From NCBI GenBank assembly GCA_024704765.1, contig JAKMXF010000303.1, forward strand, positions 1 to 64,000: a stretch of DNA of 64,000 nucleotides, given 5' to 3'. A program made the translations under genes and the position numbers. This stretch comes from Oopsacas minuta (taxonomy: Eukaryota > Animalia > Porifera). This document shows, piece by piece, positions 14,006-26,423 of the stretch (its first letter is position 1; the number at the start of each line of letters is the position of its first letter). The notes under the pieces are model-generated. The model saw only the letters and a program-made list of their open reading frames with translations, was not told where the DNA came from and made no database searches.

Positions 14006-14262
14006 AGCCTACTAAAATACGGCTATACCTGATGCCGAATCATAAAAAAATAAGAGTCCAGTTTTGTAATTCTCGTAAAAGAACAATTAGGCCTCCAATG
14101 TTTGCAAATTGAACCTTTTTAGGGTAAAAGTATTCAAGGAATAAATAAAGACTACTTATAAACCAGGGGTAGAAGAAAACACAAACAATTATTAGCTTGC
14201 TGCGGACCTGTTTTATTGTTTCACTAATCTAGTGTGTGTTGTTACTCTTTGTAGCGTATTGA

Positions 14263-15834
14263 ATGTTAAAATTATTTCTTCTCGCAATTCTTGCATTAAT
14301 AATCGCACCTCTTAAAGCAATCTACAGATGGACTACCTACTGTAGAAAACCTCCTCTACACGACAAACACTTCAGTAAGGAGATAGTACTCGTAACAGGA
14401 GGAGCTCAGGGCATAGGACGTTTGATAGCAGATAACTTTGCTCTTACAACAGCTACTGTAATTATTTGGGACATTAATGAGCAACAGTTAGATAAAACTG
14501 TAGCTGAGATGAGAGGTAATGGACACACGGCATATGGATATCATGTAGACGTGTCAGATCTGGATCAGCTATTGACTAGCTATGAGCGTGTTGTAGAAGA
14601 GGTAGGACAGGTTACTGTACTAGTTAACAATGCTGGTATAGTCAGTGGTAAGAGTATATTTGATATTTCTCTTGAGCAGTTTGAATTGGTAATCAGAGTC
14701 AATCTGCATGCAATGGTTAGTTTATATACTAGAGATCATTAGATTTCTACAGTAGAACTCAGTTTATGATGTACATTGAGTTACTCAGCCTTGCACAGCT
14801 GTATCAACTCATTTTGGCATAGTTTTCGTTGTGATCGAATGAATGAGTTGACAACGCGAATCGGGCCTGGAAGTATGAAAAGTGGCTACACAACATTATC
14901 TGTTCCAAGAATTGAGAATCATCTAGGGAAGTGATGTTACAATGTATTTTACATTCGCGGTAACTGCAATGCATCAGTTATAATGTTTTAAACTCATTAT
15001 TTTGAGTTTAACTCTTGGTTATAAAATGAGTTGGTAAAATCAACTCATTATTTTGAATGTGTTGAATGATTTGGTAGACAAAAATGAGGGGTTTTTGCCA
15101 ACTCAAAATGATTGATACAGCCCTGCCGGCCCGGGGGCCCGCTCGCCCACAAATACATTTGATTAGTACGTACTCATCTGCAAAATGGTTTTAACGTTTT
15201 CTATTCTTGTACTACAGTCAACATCGAGTAACTGAACATCAATTATCTCGAACGAATACTCACTTCCCTTTATTGTACTATTAGTACTTATCAGGGGGTA
15301 CATCTTATCCGAGTTCTACTGAATAATAATCACCACTCGACAGTTTAACACGTTATCCTTTAGATCCATTTAACAAAAGCTGTCATACCGCACATGCTCA
15401 AACTGAACCATGGATACATCATCAATATAGCTTCTGTTGTCTCCTATTTCGGCTATGCTAAGCTAAGTGATTACTGTGCCTCTAAGGCTGGCGCACGAGC
15501 ATTCTCAGAAGCTCTACAATCAGAACTATACTGTATGGATAAGACAGGAATATCTGTCACTTGTGTCTGTCCTTATAAGATAGATACTGGCATGTTTACA
15601 GGTGTACGGCTGAAACATAATTGGTTATTCCCTGCCTTGCAGCCTAAATACGTAGCTGACCGTGTATATTTTGGTGCTAGAAACCGTGAATTTCGTTTGT
15701 TACTTCCTTGGACAATGCATCTATTGGTTGCATTAATATATATCCTCCCTCGCCATTCTAGAAAACTTTTCTTTGATTTTTTCGCTATTAATGAATCAAT
15801 GGATCAATTTGTTGGTCACGGCAAAAAAGAATAG
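14263..15834 (+). CDS. Short-chain dehydrogenase/reductase (SDR16C/RDH10/DHRS3-like), join(14263..14715,15364..15834)
   Basis: TGGAQGIG cofactor motif, NNAG, catalytic YCASK and an N-terminal hydrophobic anchor. Phase-0 intron. Confidence 0.9.
14750..15321. mobile_element. pogo/Tc1-type MITE in the SDR intron, with a probable nested TIR element (about 14796-15125)
   Basis: TIR CAGTAGAACTC / GAGTTCTACTG with TA on the left. Internal inverted pair CTGTATCAACTCATTTT / AAAATGATTGATACAG. Confidence 0.65.
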
Positions 15835-16773
15835 ATACAGCAACAAAGGTTTATTTTATTTTAATTCTATTTTGTTCCATTTTACAGTACCCTATTTGGA
15901 TTACAACCAATCCCTGAAATTATATATGCTAATACGAGTTTAACAGATGCTTACATATATTATATTCTCTAGCCTCTAGCTATGCTATTTATAGTTGTGG
16001 CTATTTGTATATAATTAATACGTAGTATGTATTTCGAACTAGTGCTGAGCGATCACAAGTTCATTTCGTGTTCGTATCCGTGTTTCACTTTCTGTCCTTC
16101 GGGTTGTGTTGATGTGAATTTGGACATTACGCTAAGCTCTATTTGGAACTACAATAGCCAATCAAGGCTCTCAACCAAATCGTGAGCTGTACTTAGTGTA
16201 CTATTTAGTATTAGTTTGATATGAAAATACCAAGGATTCTTATCCAATGTAGACCCGAAATCTCACAACGAGTTCCTGAGAGTTGACACTTGACATGTCT
16301 GAATTATACCACACAATCATAGACTCCTTTAGAGAAGGACTGGAATGTCGCGATCTCTGGGTTTTTAACTTGAGTCTGAGAGGCTCCAATTAAAAATTGA
16401 AAAAGTATTAGAACCTATATTAGCCTCGGTTGGGGGCCAGACACAACCAGGAAGCTTAAAATAAGAGTATTGGCCACATTTCGCTTTGACCTTAGGCAGA
16501 TATGAAGTTCCTGTTTTCAGCCACATTTCCTTATGTTTTCCTTATGTTTTGGGATATTTGCATGTTTTGTGCAGTGGCTGCGTGGTAATGTTTTATTTTT
16601 CTTGTTGCAGATATGTCTGTATGTTTATTGATATTGATTATGCATGATAATGTGTCATACGTCAAGACTTTTTGAACATACTTTACTTGGATTGATGCTC
16701 TGATATTTTGATTGAACCTTTCCAGCTGGTGGCCTAATAGGATCTTTGTTTTGTTTTCAGCTTTTGTGACAAT

Positions 16774-19156
16774 ATGCCACGTCGTTGCAGCTGTTTTGGT
16801 TGTAGAGGAAACTATGATGGGATGCCTTACCTAAAGGTCATATCCTTCCCAAAAGATCCTGAGGAGAGGAAGAGATGGATATTGGCAATGCCGAATGAAA
16901 AATAAAGCTTGAGGCGCTTGAAGGAGATATATATTTGTGAGAGACATTTCAATTGTGTATGGGTGTCAGTAAAGGGTGGAAAGCCACCTAAAGAACATCC
17001 ATCAATATTTCCTGGAGTACCGAAATCAGTTTTTAAGCAGGTCACCTCAGCTCCACGCCCAACATCATCTACATCCGAATCAAGAGCTAAGAAGGTACAG
17101 GCAGCTAATGAGGCTGCAGACAAGATCCAAGATTTCGACCACTTCTCCGCCAAAATAAGCTCCTATTTTCCTGGCTTTGACGTCATAAAGGCCAGAAAAA
17201 CCTGTACCTATCAAGAACTGACGCTACTGGACAAACTGTCAAGCAGTTCTTTCATTTACAACAAGTCAGTTTCGCCATTTGGATTCCTATTCTTGAATAG
17301 AGTTGACAAAGATGGTATTGAGGTATCCAAGCGACCATTTCCTTTGCAGAAGAACAGCTTACTCTCGAAATGGTCCCAGATTGGATACATAACTGACCAG
17401 GTAAACGCCTATGAGTACACAAGCCAAGAAATTCTTGAGCACGCAATAAGCCAGCTCTGCAAGATCACTGAGGCGCACGAGCTTGCTCGTTTCACCTTCC
17501 TTCTGTCGCAGCTGTGCCTTATATTCAAACCTCCTGATGGACGCCGATTTGACACTGATAATATGATTTTCGCAGTACAGCTTCACAACATACCACCCAA
17601 TGCATACAAAATGGTTCGCCGACCGGCTTAATCATTCTGCCATCAACAGAAAAGGTAAAACAGATGCTTGCTAGGAGTCTGCAGGACTCCAACCTCAAAA
17701 CCTTGTTCGACTAGCTTAAGCCACAGCAGCGTTTGGCAAATTTAATGTTTGACGAGGTAAAGCTAGTCGAGACAATGCGATTTTCTGGATGGCATGTTCT
17801 AAGATACTCTCAAAATACTGCAGCGGGTGGTGACCATGAAATGCTTGCTTCACATACTATGGTCGTTGAAGTTGCTGCCATTTTGGTGGTTCACGCTATA
17901 TTCTACGCGTTTTTCCCTGCAAAAAACTAACTTCGGATCAGCTGAAAGAACTCCTTATCCAAGCTGGTTCAGCTATAGTTGGTGCTGGCGGTACTGTGAT
18001 CTCTTTAATATGTGACAATTGCAATACCAACCGTAGTGTTTATTCAAAACTTGGAGGACCTGGAAGTTGTCAAGTGCTATCGATTCAAGAACAATCTATG
18101 TTCTTAGTGTACGACTACTTGCGCATCTTCAAAAATATATGCAACAACTGGATTACTATTGATAGCAAGCACTCTCACTTGTCGTAGATGGCAATGAGTA
18201 CAAAGCTTACTAGTGATATTCAGAAGCTTTATGAGATCGACCGAGCTACTCCTATTCGCTTAACCAAGCTGACACACACTGCTGTTTTCCCCAAGCCCCT
18301 TCAACGGCAGAGCGTACCATTGACATGTCAAGTGTTCAATGACAAGACTGTCGCTGCCTTGAAGACGTTCAAGGGTTCACTGGGCATCAGCAAAGGCACC
18401 ATCATTCTCACCCAGACAATGAGTGAGTGGTTCAAGATAATGAATGTGAAAGACCGTTTCTCAGCTATCCGTCTTCGCGACGAATCCAGACAACCTTGGA
18501 CAGCAGACTGTACAAGTTTCACTAGGCTGGAGGAGGCCTGCCAAATTATATCTACCTGTGCATGGCAAGGAGGTGGTGGTCGTAAGCTGAAGCTAACTAA
18601 GCAAACTGCTGAAGCCTTCACTGTGTCCATACGTAATAATGTGGATGCTGCCAAATTGCTTCTGGTGGACAAAGACTTTGACTACGTTCTTCCTGCTATA
18701 TTCGCGGACGAAGCCTTTGAAAAGTTTTTCGGCCAAGCCAGGCAAAGAAGAAGTGGAAACTTTTACATTGACGATATTCTTCTGCATAAAGTTGTTTATT
18801 TGGCCGGATACCTTGTTTATAACTATGGTGATACCTCTAGTATGGAGGAGATCATTGGTGATGAAGATGGTAACGAGGTGTCTTCTGAGTTCCTAGATAA
18901 TTTGAATAGAAGTGGATTGTGTGTGCCGACTATGTCAACCGTCTTTTTTGTACCCAATGCCTATAATTTGCATGACCAGACTAAATTGCGTTGCTGCTTT
19001 CATTTTGTTGAGCTATTATCTTTTGTAGATGCACCTTTAGCAGGTAATAAGGCTGCATGTACTACTTTAGCTAATATTCTATTGAAAGCTCATGTGCTCA
19101 ATGTAAGTGACAAAGAAAAGTCTGGGATGCCTCAGGAGGCAAGACAAGCTCTCTAA
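16774..19156 (+). pseudogene. THAP-domain P-element transposase (THAP9-like), disrupted
   Basis: THAP zinc finger MPRRCSCFGC...FPKD...W...ICERHF with TAA at 16903. Catalytic-type segments LMFDEVKL, LICDN and EKFFGQARQR are spread over several frames with stops. Confidence 0.88.
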
Positions 19157-19224
19157 CTAACGATAGGCATAGACAATGTTGTAATAGACATAGTGTTGTG
19201 ACATGCAAATAATGTAATTACATA

Positions 19225-19406
19225 CAGTAGAACTCGGATGAGATGTACCCCCTCGGGAAGTCTAAAATTACGTACCATCCGAGTGTACGTACTAACCAAG
19301 TTGTATTTACATAGAATCCTATGCAATGAATTTTGGTTCATAAAATTTAGTACGTACTAAGCCGAAGTACGTCTTATCCAGGGTGCGTGCTAACCGAATT
19401 CTACTG
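19225..19406. mobile_element. pogo/Tc1-type MITE nested in the P element
   Basis: TA|CAGTAGAACTCGG ... CCGAATTCTACTG|TA. Confidence 0.85.
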
Positions 19407-19968
19407 TATATGACAATAATATCAAATTTGTGCTGCTATACACTACTGCGTCTCATTACAATCAGCCATCTCTCACCTTTATTAGTTAGACAGAAAAAAC
19501 GGGCAAAAATTACCAAAATTCACCCATTTGACCTTTAAGATGACTCCAGGTGGTGTTGAAAATGGCATCATTGAACTCGCCGTCCTCAAAATCCCCTATG
19601 TGGACCCGAGATCGTGTCTCTAGCCCTTCTAGAAGTCATTTTAGCCCAGGACTCAAGTTAAAAACCCCGAGCATTGGAGGATTCAGTCCTTCTTTAAAGG
19701 AGTCTATGCACACAATATATAATATGAACTGTAACAGGGGCGGCACTAGCCAATCGCTACTGGTGGGACACAATTACGTCACAGGTACAGGTGAGGCACA
19801 TGTTATTTAACTGGGGCAGACTATCATTAATGATGTGGGGCACAGGTCCCATCCTCGCGCCATCTCTGACTTGTAATAATCTCACTACTCTCATATGCCA
19901 CTTTAACATACATCGGCTAAGTATACAATATTAGTTGTAACTAAATGCTATGTCATTCACTATTAGTA

Positions 19969-20626
19969 CAGTGGAACCCCGCTTAACGGCCACCCCAGAA
20001 TAGCGGCCACCTCGATATACCGGCCACTGTTTAAAGTCCCGTTTAATATACTATAGACATTAACATTAATTTATTTCAGAATTACGGCCATACTTTTAGA
20101 ACGAAACCCTATTTTAACCTCAGAATTACGGCCAATCTTAACAATAGGAATCACTATTGGATGTTTGAAAACGAAAACAATTTCTGGACAATTAAATAAC
20201 AATACATTGGAGTGTATACATATAAATGCAAAGCAGATTAATGAGACAGTAATTCATACGTTATTACTGGCATCGAGCAAACGCAATGAGCTGGATCTCA
20301 AACGAAAAGTGGAGTTAATTCATAATTCTTCTGGACAATCGCATCGGCAATTGGCAGTAAGATTTAATATAGGAAAAACCCAAGTATCTTCCATACTCAA
20401 ACGAAAAACAGAGTATTGGCCGCTTATGAGGAAAATCAAAGACAATCAAAATTAGATGCATATTTTAACTAATAATTATGTATTAACATGTTATAATATG
20501 GTAAATATTAATAGAATATGGTTTAGTATGGTAAATATTGATAGAATATGGTTTCTTTCAAAAAGTTTCACAATTACGGCCATTTTTCTCGGTCCCCTGG
20601 GTGACCGTATTTCCGGGGTTCCACTG
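19969..20626 (+). mobile_element. pogo/Tigger-type internal-deletion derivative retaining the transposase HTH fragment
   Basis: TA|CAGTGGAACCCCG ... CGGGGTTCCACTG|TA. Internal ORF RKVELIHNSSGQSHRQLAVRFNIGKTQVSSILKRK resembles the psq/CENP-B-type HTH. Confidence 0.88.
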
Positions 20627-20749
20627 TATATGTTTTAATAGCTATTATAATAACAAGGAAGAGTCGTCTAAACTAGGACTTACTTGCTATCAGTTGTACT
20701 CTACTCTACAGAGCATTTTCAATCAATCATAAGATCTATCTATCTAATA

Positions 20750-21622
20750 ATGTCTCAAGAGTGCAGCATTAATCACAATGATTTTATTCTCTACACCAGC
20801 GTCTTGCTTGTCCTAGTGCTGATATTTCCTATGCTAGATCTAATAATAATCAGACTGACATGGTTCTACAAAGATGATCTATTCATCCCGCGGGATATTG
20901 AGCACAAAACAGCTAAACTATCCAATTATAATAAAGAGAGTAGATTCTTCCCTAAATCAATCTCCTCTATCTCTACAAGAAGTCACCCAGTGCACCCCTT
21001 AACCGGGGCAGAACCTACACTCGTATTCTCTAACAATGAGTCACAAGACATAGATGAATCAGACACACAGAGGAAACTGGAGGATACTATCATATACGGG
21101 AAGTCTAGTGTCAAGCAGGGTTCTAATAAGGCCACTACAATCGAGACTACGCTGATTAGCCGCTCTGTTGAAGATTACAGTTTGGACTCCAAATATAGAG
21201 AAACTCAACAGAAACATACTGTAGTGCATATTGAATCTCTCCCAGGGATTGAAACCCCTCTTGAGTTATCAGCAAGAACGCGAAAATTACTGGATTCTCA
21301 GAATGCTGATGTTCGAAGAGAAACAGTTAAGAATCTGCAGTCAGACTTACCCGAGGTAACCCGTGTCACTCCTATCATGAAACTATCAGTGCTCCCACCA
21401 TTACCAAATACAGGTTATAAGAGTAGTGAGTTTATTGAGAGTTTAGCTGATGCTAGTGTGCTATATCAAGATAAATATGATGTAACTTATGTCAGCTCAC
21501 GTACTAATCTTATTGATACATCGAGTCATGGTTCTTCCCTGAAACATGGAGAGAGGAAGCTACTTAATCGTCCAGATAATAATAGACGGAAACTTGCTAA
21601 GTTAGATACTCATAATCCTTAA
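20750..21622 (+). CDS. Hypothetical single-pass membrane protein with a long low-complexity tail
   Basis: Long open frame (290 aa from ATG 20750) with one hydrophobic helix (FILYTSVLLVLVLIFPMLDLIII). No family recognised. Confidence 0.6.
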   Translation: MSQECSINHNDFILYTSVLLVLVLIFPMLDLIIIRLTWFYKDDLFIPRDIEHKTAKLSNYNKESRFFPKSISSISTRSHPVHPLTGAEPTLVFSNNESQDIDESDTQRKLEDTIIYGKSSVKQGSNKATTIETTLISRSVEDYSLDSKYRETQQKHTVVHIESLPGIETPLELSARTRKLLDSQNADVRRETVKNLQSDLPEVTRVTPIMKLSVLPPLPNTGYKSSEFIESLADASVLYQDKYDVTYVSSRTNLIDTSSHGSSLKHGERKLLNRPDNNRRKLAKLDTHNP

Positions 21623-22236
21623 TACAAACTGCTAATAAATGTATTATGCCATATCTATTATACTTATATGTATCTATTTCCATATATTTACGATTGTCAG
21701 TCTATTTCAGTTAATTTGAAGTTCCTTATACGTAATACACTACCAAAGGGGCTTTTTGTATCATAATCACATACTAAATATAAATAATTTTGTATTTGGT
21801 TATAATTGAGTGTTTCATGCAATCGTCTATTTGTCATAATAGATGGCTCAAAATCACTTTGCCCAGATGTTCTACGTAATTCTTACAGAATGCAATTATT
21901 CACTTTTTGAATATAGAATTACAGAAATATATTTCTCCACTTTTGTGTATAGAAATGAATCTCTCTATTTAAGTGTACTATAGTAGAACTTAGTAGTATA
22001 TACTCAGCTTAAGACGTACACTCGTTTTTTTCGTACTTTTCTTCAAAACTGTTTTTCTTTTCCCGTACAATTTGCACAATAAGAATATACGGATAAGGAG
22101 TATTTCGGTTAGTACTTAGTACGTACTATTTTTTCTTTTCCGAAACTACTATATTACGATAACTACAGAAATATATTTTCTTATTTTTGAATTGTGATAT
22201 TATACTAATTACTGTGTTACTATATAACTTTAGTTC

Positions 22237-24000
22237 ATGATGAGCAATGTGTCAAGAATTGTTAACACTTCTCTTCATAAAGACAGAGCATTTCATTTAC
22301 TGAAGCTTGAAGTAGTTGTAGTTCAACTGATTAGTGAGCCTAACAGATTGCCTGTACGGACTCTAAAACCTCTCTTCAGAACTTCACCAGTAGTTTCAGT
22401 TTTCACAGGCAATGAACTCGTCAGTAATCTCATGGCAAAACTTCAAACTGAGAAGAGAGAAGCTTTGCACATAGCTGGTCAACTCTATAAGTATGCGTAT
22501 CTGTATCCTGTTGATCAGAGTGTGACGTCAGTAAAAGATGACTCTACTCTCTATAGAATGCAATCAGAAGACAGATGGCCATCTCAATGCATAAGCCCTA
22601 CTAATTTGGATTATTCAACTTATTTAGAAAAGAAGTTGATTCTCAAACAAAAGCTAACAGAGTATGAACAGGATGCTTATGATAGATTCAGCGTTACCTA
22701 TGCTAGGAACTGGCATAACCTCACCATTAAGGCTCAAGAAGAGGCTAACATAGAAGAGAATTATCAAAAAGATGAGCGTGTTGTGAACCAGGGGGAGGAG
22801 CGGACGTTTTGGCACTTGCATCGCCCACCACCTGGAGAACCCCTGGTGATGGAATCTAGCATTCAGAAGCGGAATCTGAACAGGTCTGAGCTCACTGATA
22901 TTGAGATAATACAAGATTTAGAAATTCGTTTGGATGTGTACAGAAGAGCTCAGAAGCGTAACAGAGTTAGAAGTTCTCACTCAGCTGACCTTATAATATC
23001 ACACATGGAAAATTCCTCTAATCAAGATCCTTTTCTAAAAAAGAATGTCTTCAATCCTTGGAGCAATGAGCATAAGCTAGTATCTGGGAATTATATTAAT
23101 AAATTCCAATTATGGAACTCATCTTTTGACGCTTTAATTAGAGATAAATCTGGTCGCGACCTCTTTAGAGCATTTCTGAAAACAGAGGTTTCAACCGAAA
23201 ACCTTTCTTTCTGTGAAGAAGTTACTGAATATAAAATGCTTCCTACCTCACATCTGAAAGATGTAGCACTCCGAATATTCAAGCAGTACATTGGTCCTAC
23301 AGCTCGTAACGAAATTAATATCGATGGAAAAACACTTCGAATAATAAAAGATAGAATGGTAAAACCTGATAGATATACATTTGACCCTGCACAGAATTAC
23401 ATATACGATCTGATGCGTAAGGATTCTTACTGTCGTTTTCTCAAATCTCATGTTTATACAAACGCTTTAAAGAAATATTCTATTGATAGGAAAGCAGGAC
23501 GGATGTCTCGAATTCTAACACACCCGCTTAATGCACATTCTCTACACAATAATAGAGGCTCTATGCTTGAATGTACTTCATCTGATCTCAATCTTGTCAG
23601 GAGCAATTCCATGGATACTTTAACAGAAGTTGATAGTATCGTGTCTCCATGCCACACTAGCATTGCCAGCTCTCATACATCATTTGATGACGAACACACG
23701 CATCGGAAAAAGGCTTCACTATACAGAAACTCCAGTGGGTTAAATTTCGCCTCAGTAGATTATGAAGATATCTTAGATCCAGGGGAAGTAGATCAGAATC
23801 GTCACCCTATGAATAAATCTAAATCTTTGACTCAGCCACGTCTTATCTCTATTCCTGTTAAAAACATGAGTAATTCATTTGATGAGACAGCTTTATCCCA
23901 ACCTGCAGCACCTGTTCTAAAGAATTTTCCAAAACCAAAATCTTCAAAATCTTTTACTCATGATGAAGCACTCCGCACACAACAACTGCTTACTAAATAA
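22237..24000 (+). CDS. R7-family regulator of G-protein signalling (DEP-DHEX-GGL-RGS; RGS6/7/9/11-like), intronless
   Basis: VKDDSTLYRMQ, ERTFWHLHRPPPG, GGL-like DPFL..NPW, and RGS box GRDLFRAFLKTEVSTENLSF...DLMRKDSYCRFLKS. Confidence 0.93.
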   Translation: MMSNVSRIVNTSLHKDRAFHLLKLEVVVVQLISEPNRLPVRTLKPLFRTSPVVSVFTGNELVSNLMAKLQTEKREALHIAGQLYKYAYLYPVDQSVTSVKDDSTLYRMQSEDRWPSQCISPTNLDYSTYLEKKLILKQKLTEYEQDAYDRFSVTYARNWHNLTIKAQEEANIEENYQKDERVVNQGEERTFWHLHRPPPGEPLVMESSIQKRNLNRSELTDIEIIQDLEIRLDVYRRAQKRNRVRSSHSADLIISHMENSSNQDPFLKKNVFNPWSNEHKLVSGNYINKFQLWNSSFDALIRDKSGRDLFRAFLKTEVSTENLSFCEEVTEYKMLPTSHLKDVALRIFKQYIGPTARNEINIDGKTLRIIKDRMVKPDRYTFDPAQNYIYDLMRKDSYCRFLKSHVYTNALKKYSIDRKAGRMSRILTHPLNAHSLHNNRGSMLECTSSDLNLVRSNSMDTLTEVDSIVSPCHTSIASSHTSFDDEHTHRKKASLYRNSSGLNFASVDYEDILDPGEVDQNRHPMNKSKSLTQPRLISIPVKNMSNSFDETALSQPAAPVLKNFPKPKSSKSFTHDEALRTQQLLTK

Positions 24001-24454
24001 TTGCTAATTTTACATATCCGATTGCTTCTTTCAGTGTGCATTTAGCCACTGAATTGAATAATTGGCTATGTTTGTTATACTGTCTAGATCTATATATGTA
24101 TATTTCTTAATTTAGGCCAGCTGATGTATGTTATTTTTTGGTATTTTAAATTATTGTTCAATAAGTTTATTTCGAGATTCTCTGATAGAAAGAATTTATT
24201 CCAATTGGAAGGTGGATATTTCTTGGAAATCCCTTCAAGATTTTCACTTAAATTCCTTTCAGTTAATTCAAGCTGATCTATCCAAATTGCAAATTGGTTG
24301 TAAATGCAAAAGTTTGGTTCACATTTAAATACATACAGTCTGTTAGAGTGGATTTGATAATTTCAAGGTACCGTAAATTGTATGTAGTCACAAAAACATA
24401 TTACCAATCGTATAGTCAGATCCATAGCTATGTCGATACACACAGAGACATAGA

Positions 24455-25315
24455 ATGAATGAGGCACAGAGAGAGGAGCTAAGTGCTCTAGAAGCTGTTT
24501 ATCCTGATGAACTGAGTATCATAAACAAACTGCATAATACATACTCCATGCATTTAGAGGAGTCAGGACACTCCCTTACTCTATATTTTGAGTTCCACTC
24601 TGATTACCCAGCTGTCTTACCTCCCCGCTTCCAATTGGAATCATTCGGACTCGACGAAATAGCAAAAGCAGAACTCCGTAACGAGCTCCTCTCTCAATTT
24701 GAAACAGAGTCAGGAGTGCTGTTTAATTGGGTAGAACATATCATAGAATTCTTATCTCATCTCCCTCCTGTACTAGTACATAGCGAAATATCTCATGATA
24801 CACCTGCATACAGCTTACCTAATAAACCTCAACAACCTGTTAATATTCCTGAGATACATCCTCCACCCATCCTCCAGGAGTCTGATAACTGTTACGAACT
24901 CAAGATATTTCATGGAGAACCTCTAACTGATAGAAAAAGTGTATTCCAATCGCACGCCTGTAGAGTTTCTTCTGTAACTGAGGTTGATCACATGTTAACA
25001 GCTCTGAAATCTAATAAGAAAATCGCACAAGCTACTCATAACATTCTAGCTTATCGCTTCATAGATAAAGAGAGAGGAGTATTGATGCAAGATTGTGATG
25101 ATGATAAAGAGCATGGAGCTGGAGGCAGGTTGTCACACCTGTTACAATTCTCAGGAGCAGAAGGTGTAGCTGTTGTAGTAACTAGATGGTATGGAGGTAT
25201 ACAGCTGGGACCTGATAGATTCAAACACATTAATAACGTGGCAAGAACATTGTTGGTTGAGTGTGGTTTTATCCAAGGAACAGCTGATAAAGGAGGTAAG
25301 AAGAAAAAGAAATAA
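24455..25315 (+). CDS. IMPACT: IMPACT (RWD + UPF0029 domain), GCN1/GCN2 regulator
   Basis: N-terminal RWD (EELSALEAVYP), DRKSVFQSH, ATHNILAYR, DCDDDKEHGAGGRL and VTRWYGGIQLGPDRFKHIN. Confidence 0.95.
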   Translation: MNEAQREELSALEAVYPDELSIINKLHNTYSMHLEESGHSLTLYFEFHSDYPAVLPPRFQLESFGLDEIAKAELRNELLSQFETESGVLFNWVEHIIEFLSHLPPVLVHSEISHDTPAYSLPNKPQQPVNIPEIHPPPILQESDNCYELKIFHGEPLTDRKSVFQSHACRVSSVTEVDHMLTALKSNKKIAQATHNILAYRFIDKERGVLMQDCDDDKEHGAGGRLSHLLQFSGAEGVAVVVTRWYGGIQLGPDRFKHINNVARTLLVECGFIQGTADKGGKKKKK

Positions 25316-26423
25316 TCCTAATGTTGTTTAATTTTAATTATATATCATGTATAGTGTTTTTTATTATCTATATATGTATAATTTAACACCTATTTTAGCT
25401 TAGTGTTAGAATTTATATGTATATATGACACTCATACATACACACTTTTAGATTCGTAACTTACCCCAGTTCGGCAATTTTTTTCCTGACAGGTAATTAT
25501 TCTAGGCTAGACAATCCACATGGATTGAAAATCAAGTTAGGTTATTTTCGGTCCTATTTTGAGGTATTTAAAAGCAGGGGTGTTATACAGGCGCATAAAT
25601 TTGGGTACATATATCTCTAGGGCTAGGCGTATGAAAAGTTCTCTCTAGGGGTAGAAACTCCTACATCATAATGCTAAATGTATAGTCTAGGCGTATGAAA
25701 TGAATTCGAATCAATTTTTAGGGATATGATCCTGAGAACCTGGATGAAACCCTGTTTCAAAGTACTCAGCGCGTACTCTGCGCATGCGCTGAATTTAATG
25801 ACACTATTTTAGTATAGTATAATAAATACACATTTGTAACTAATTATTAGTTAATTCAGCCATTTTCTGGATTATTATATAATTATTAGTTATCAGTTAG
25901 TGTTTACATTTTATGTTCTAATAGCACCAGAGATTTTGATATTTGGAATGATGCAAATAACATCTCAATGCATAGTGGTATAATTCGAGACATCCCTTTT
26001 CAAACAGTAACTTGAAAGAATTCAGAGACATTAGTAGATTAGTTTAGGGTTGAATCCCAACGTTTCATGCCAACATAACTTGCACAGTCATCATATTTTG
26101 GTTGTTGATGAGATATAACAAGATTGGGTCCTAGATCCTTCAAATAGTACACAAGTGTAATCATCAATGGCAGAATATCTATTTTAGATGTATTATGAAA
26201 GTGCATATTTGACGATATCGTCCATGGTCCATAGCAAATTTCCAACATACCATACTCGTTCATGGCCTATAATTTGTTATATTTTTATTTCAAATATTTT
26301 CATACTTATATTCATACTTATATTCATACTTATATTTGTCTTTGGGGTAACTTAAGATCTCTACATATGCGTTATCCTATATCTCACAGTATAGTTATAT
26401 ATTATTGATAAACTAACTGCATA

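Larger units (their letters stand above)
16318..19708 (+). mobile_element. Full-length P-element superfamily DNA transposon (inactive)
   Basis: About 58-bp imperfect TIRs starting CATAGACTCCTTTA and ending TAAAGGAGTCTATG, with a perfect 8-bp TSD CACACAAT (16310-16317 and 19709-19716). Encloses a THAP transposase. Confidence 0.93.
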
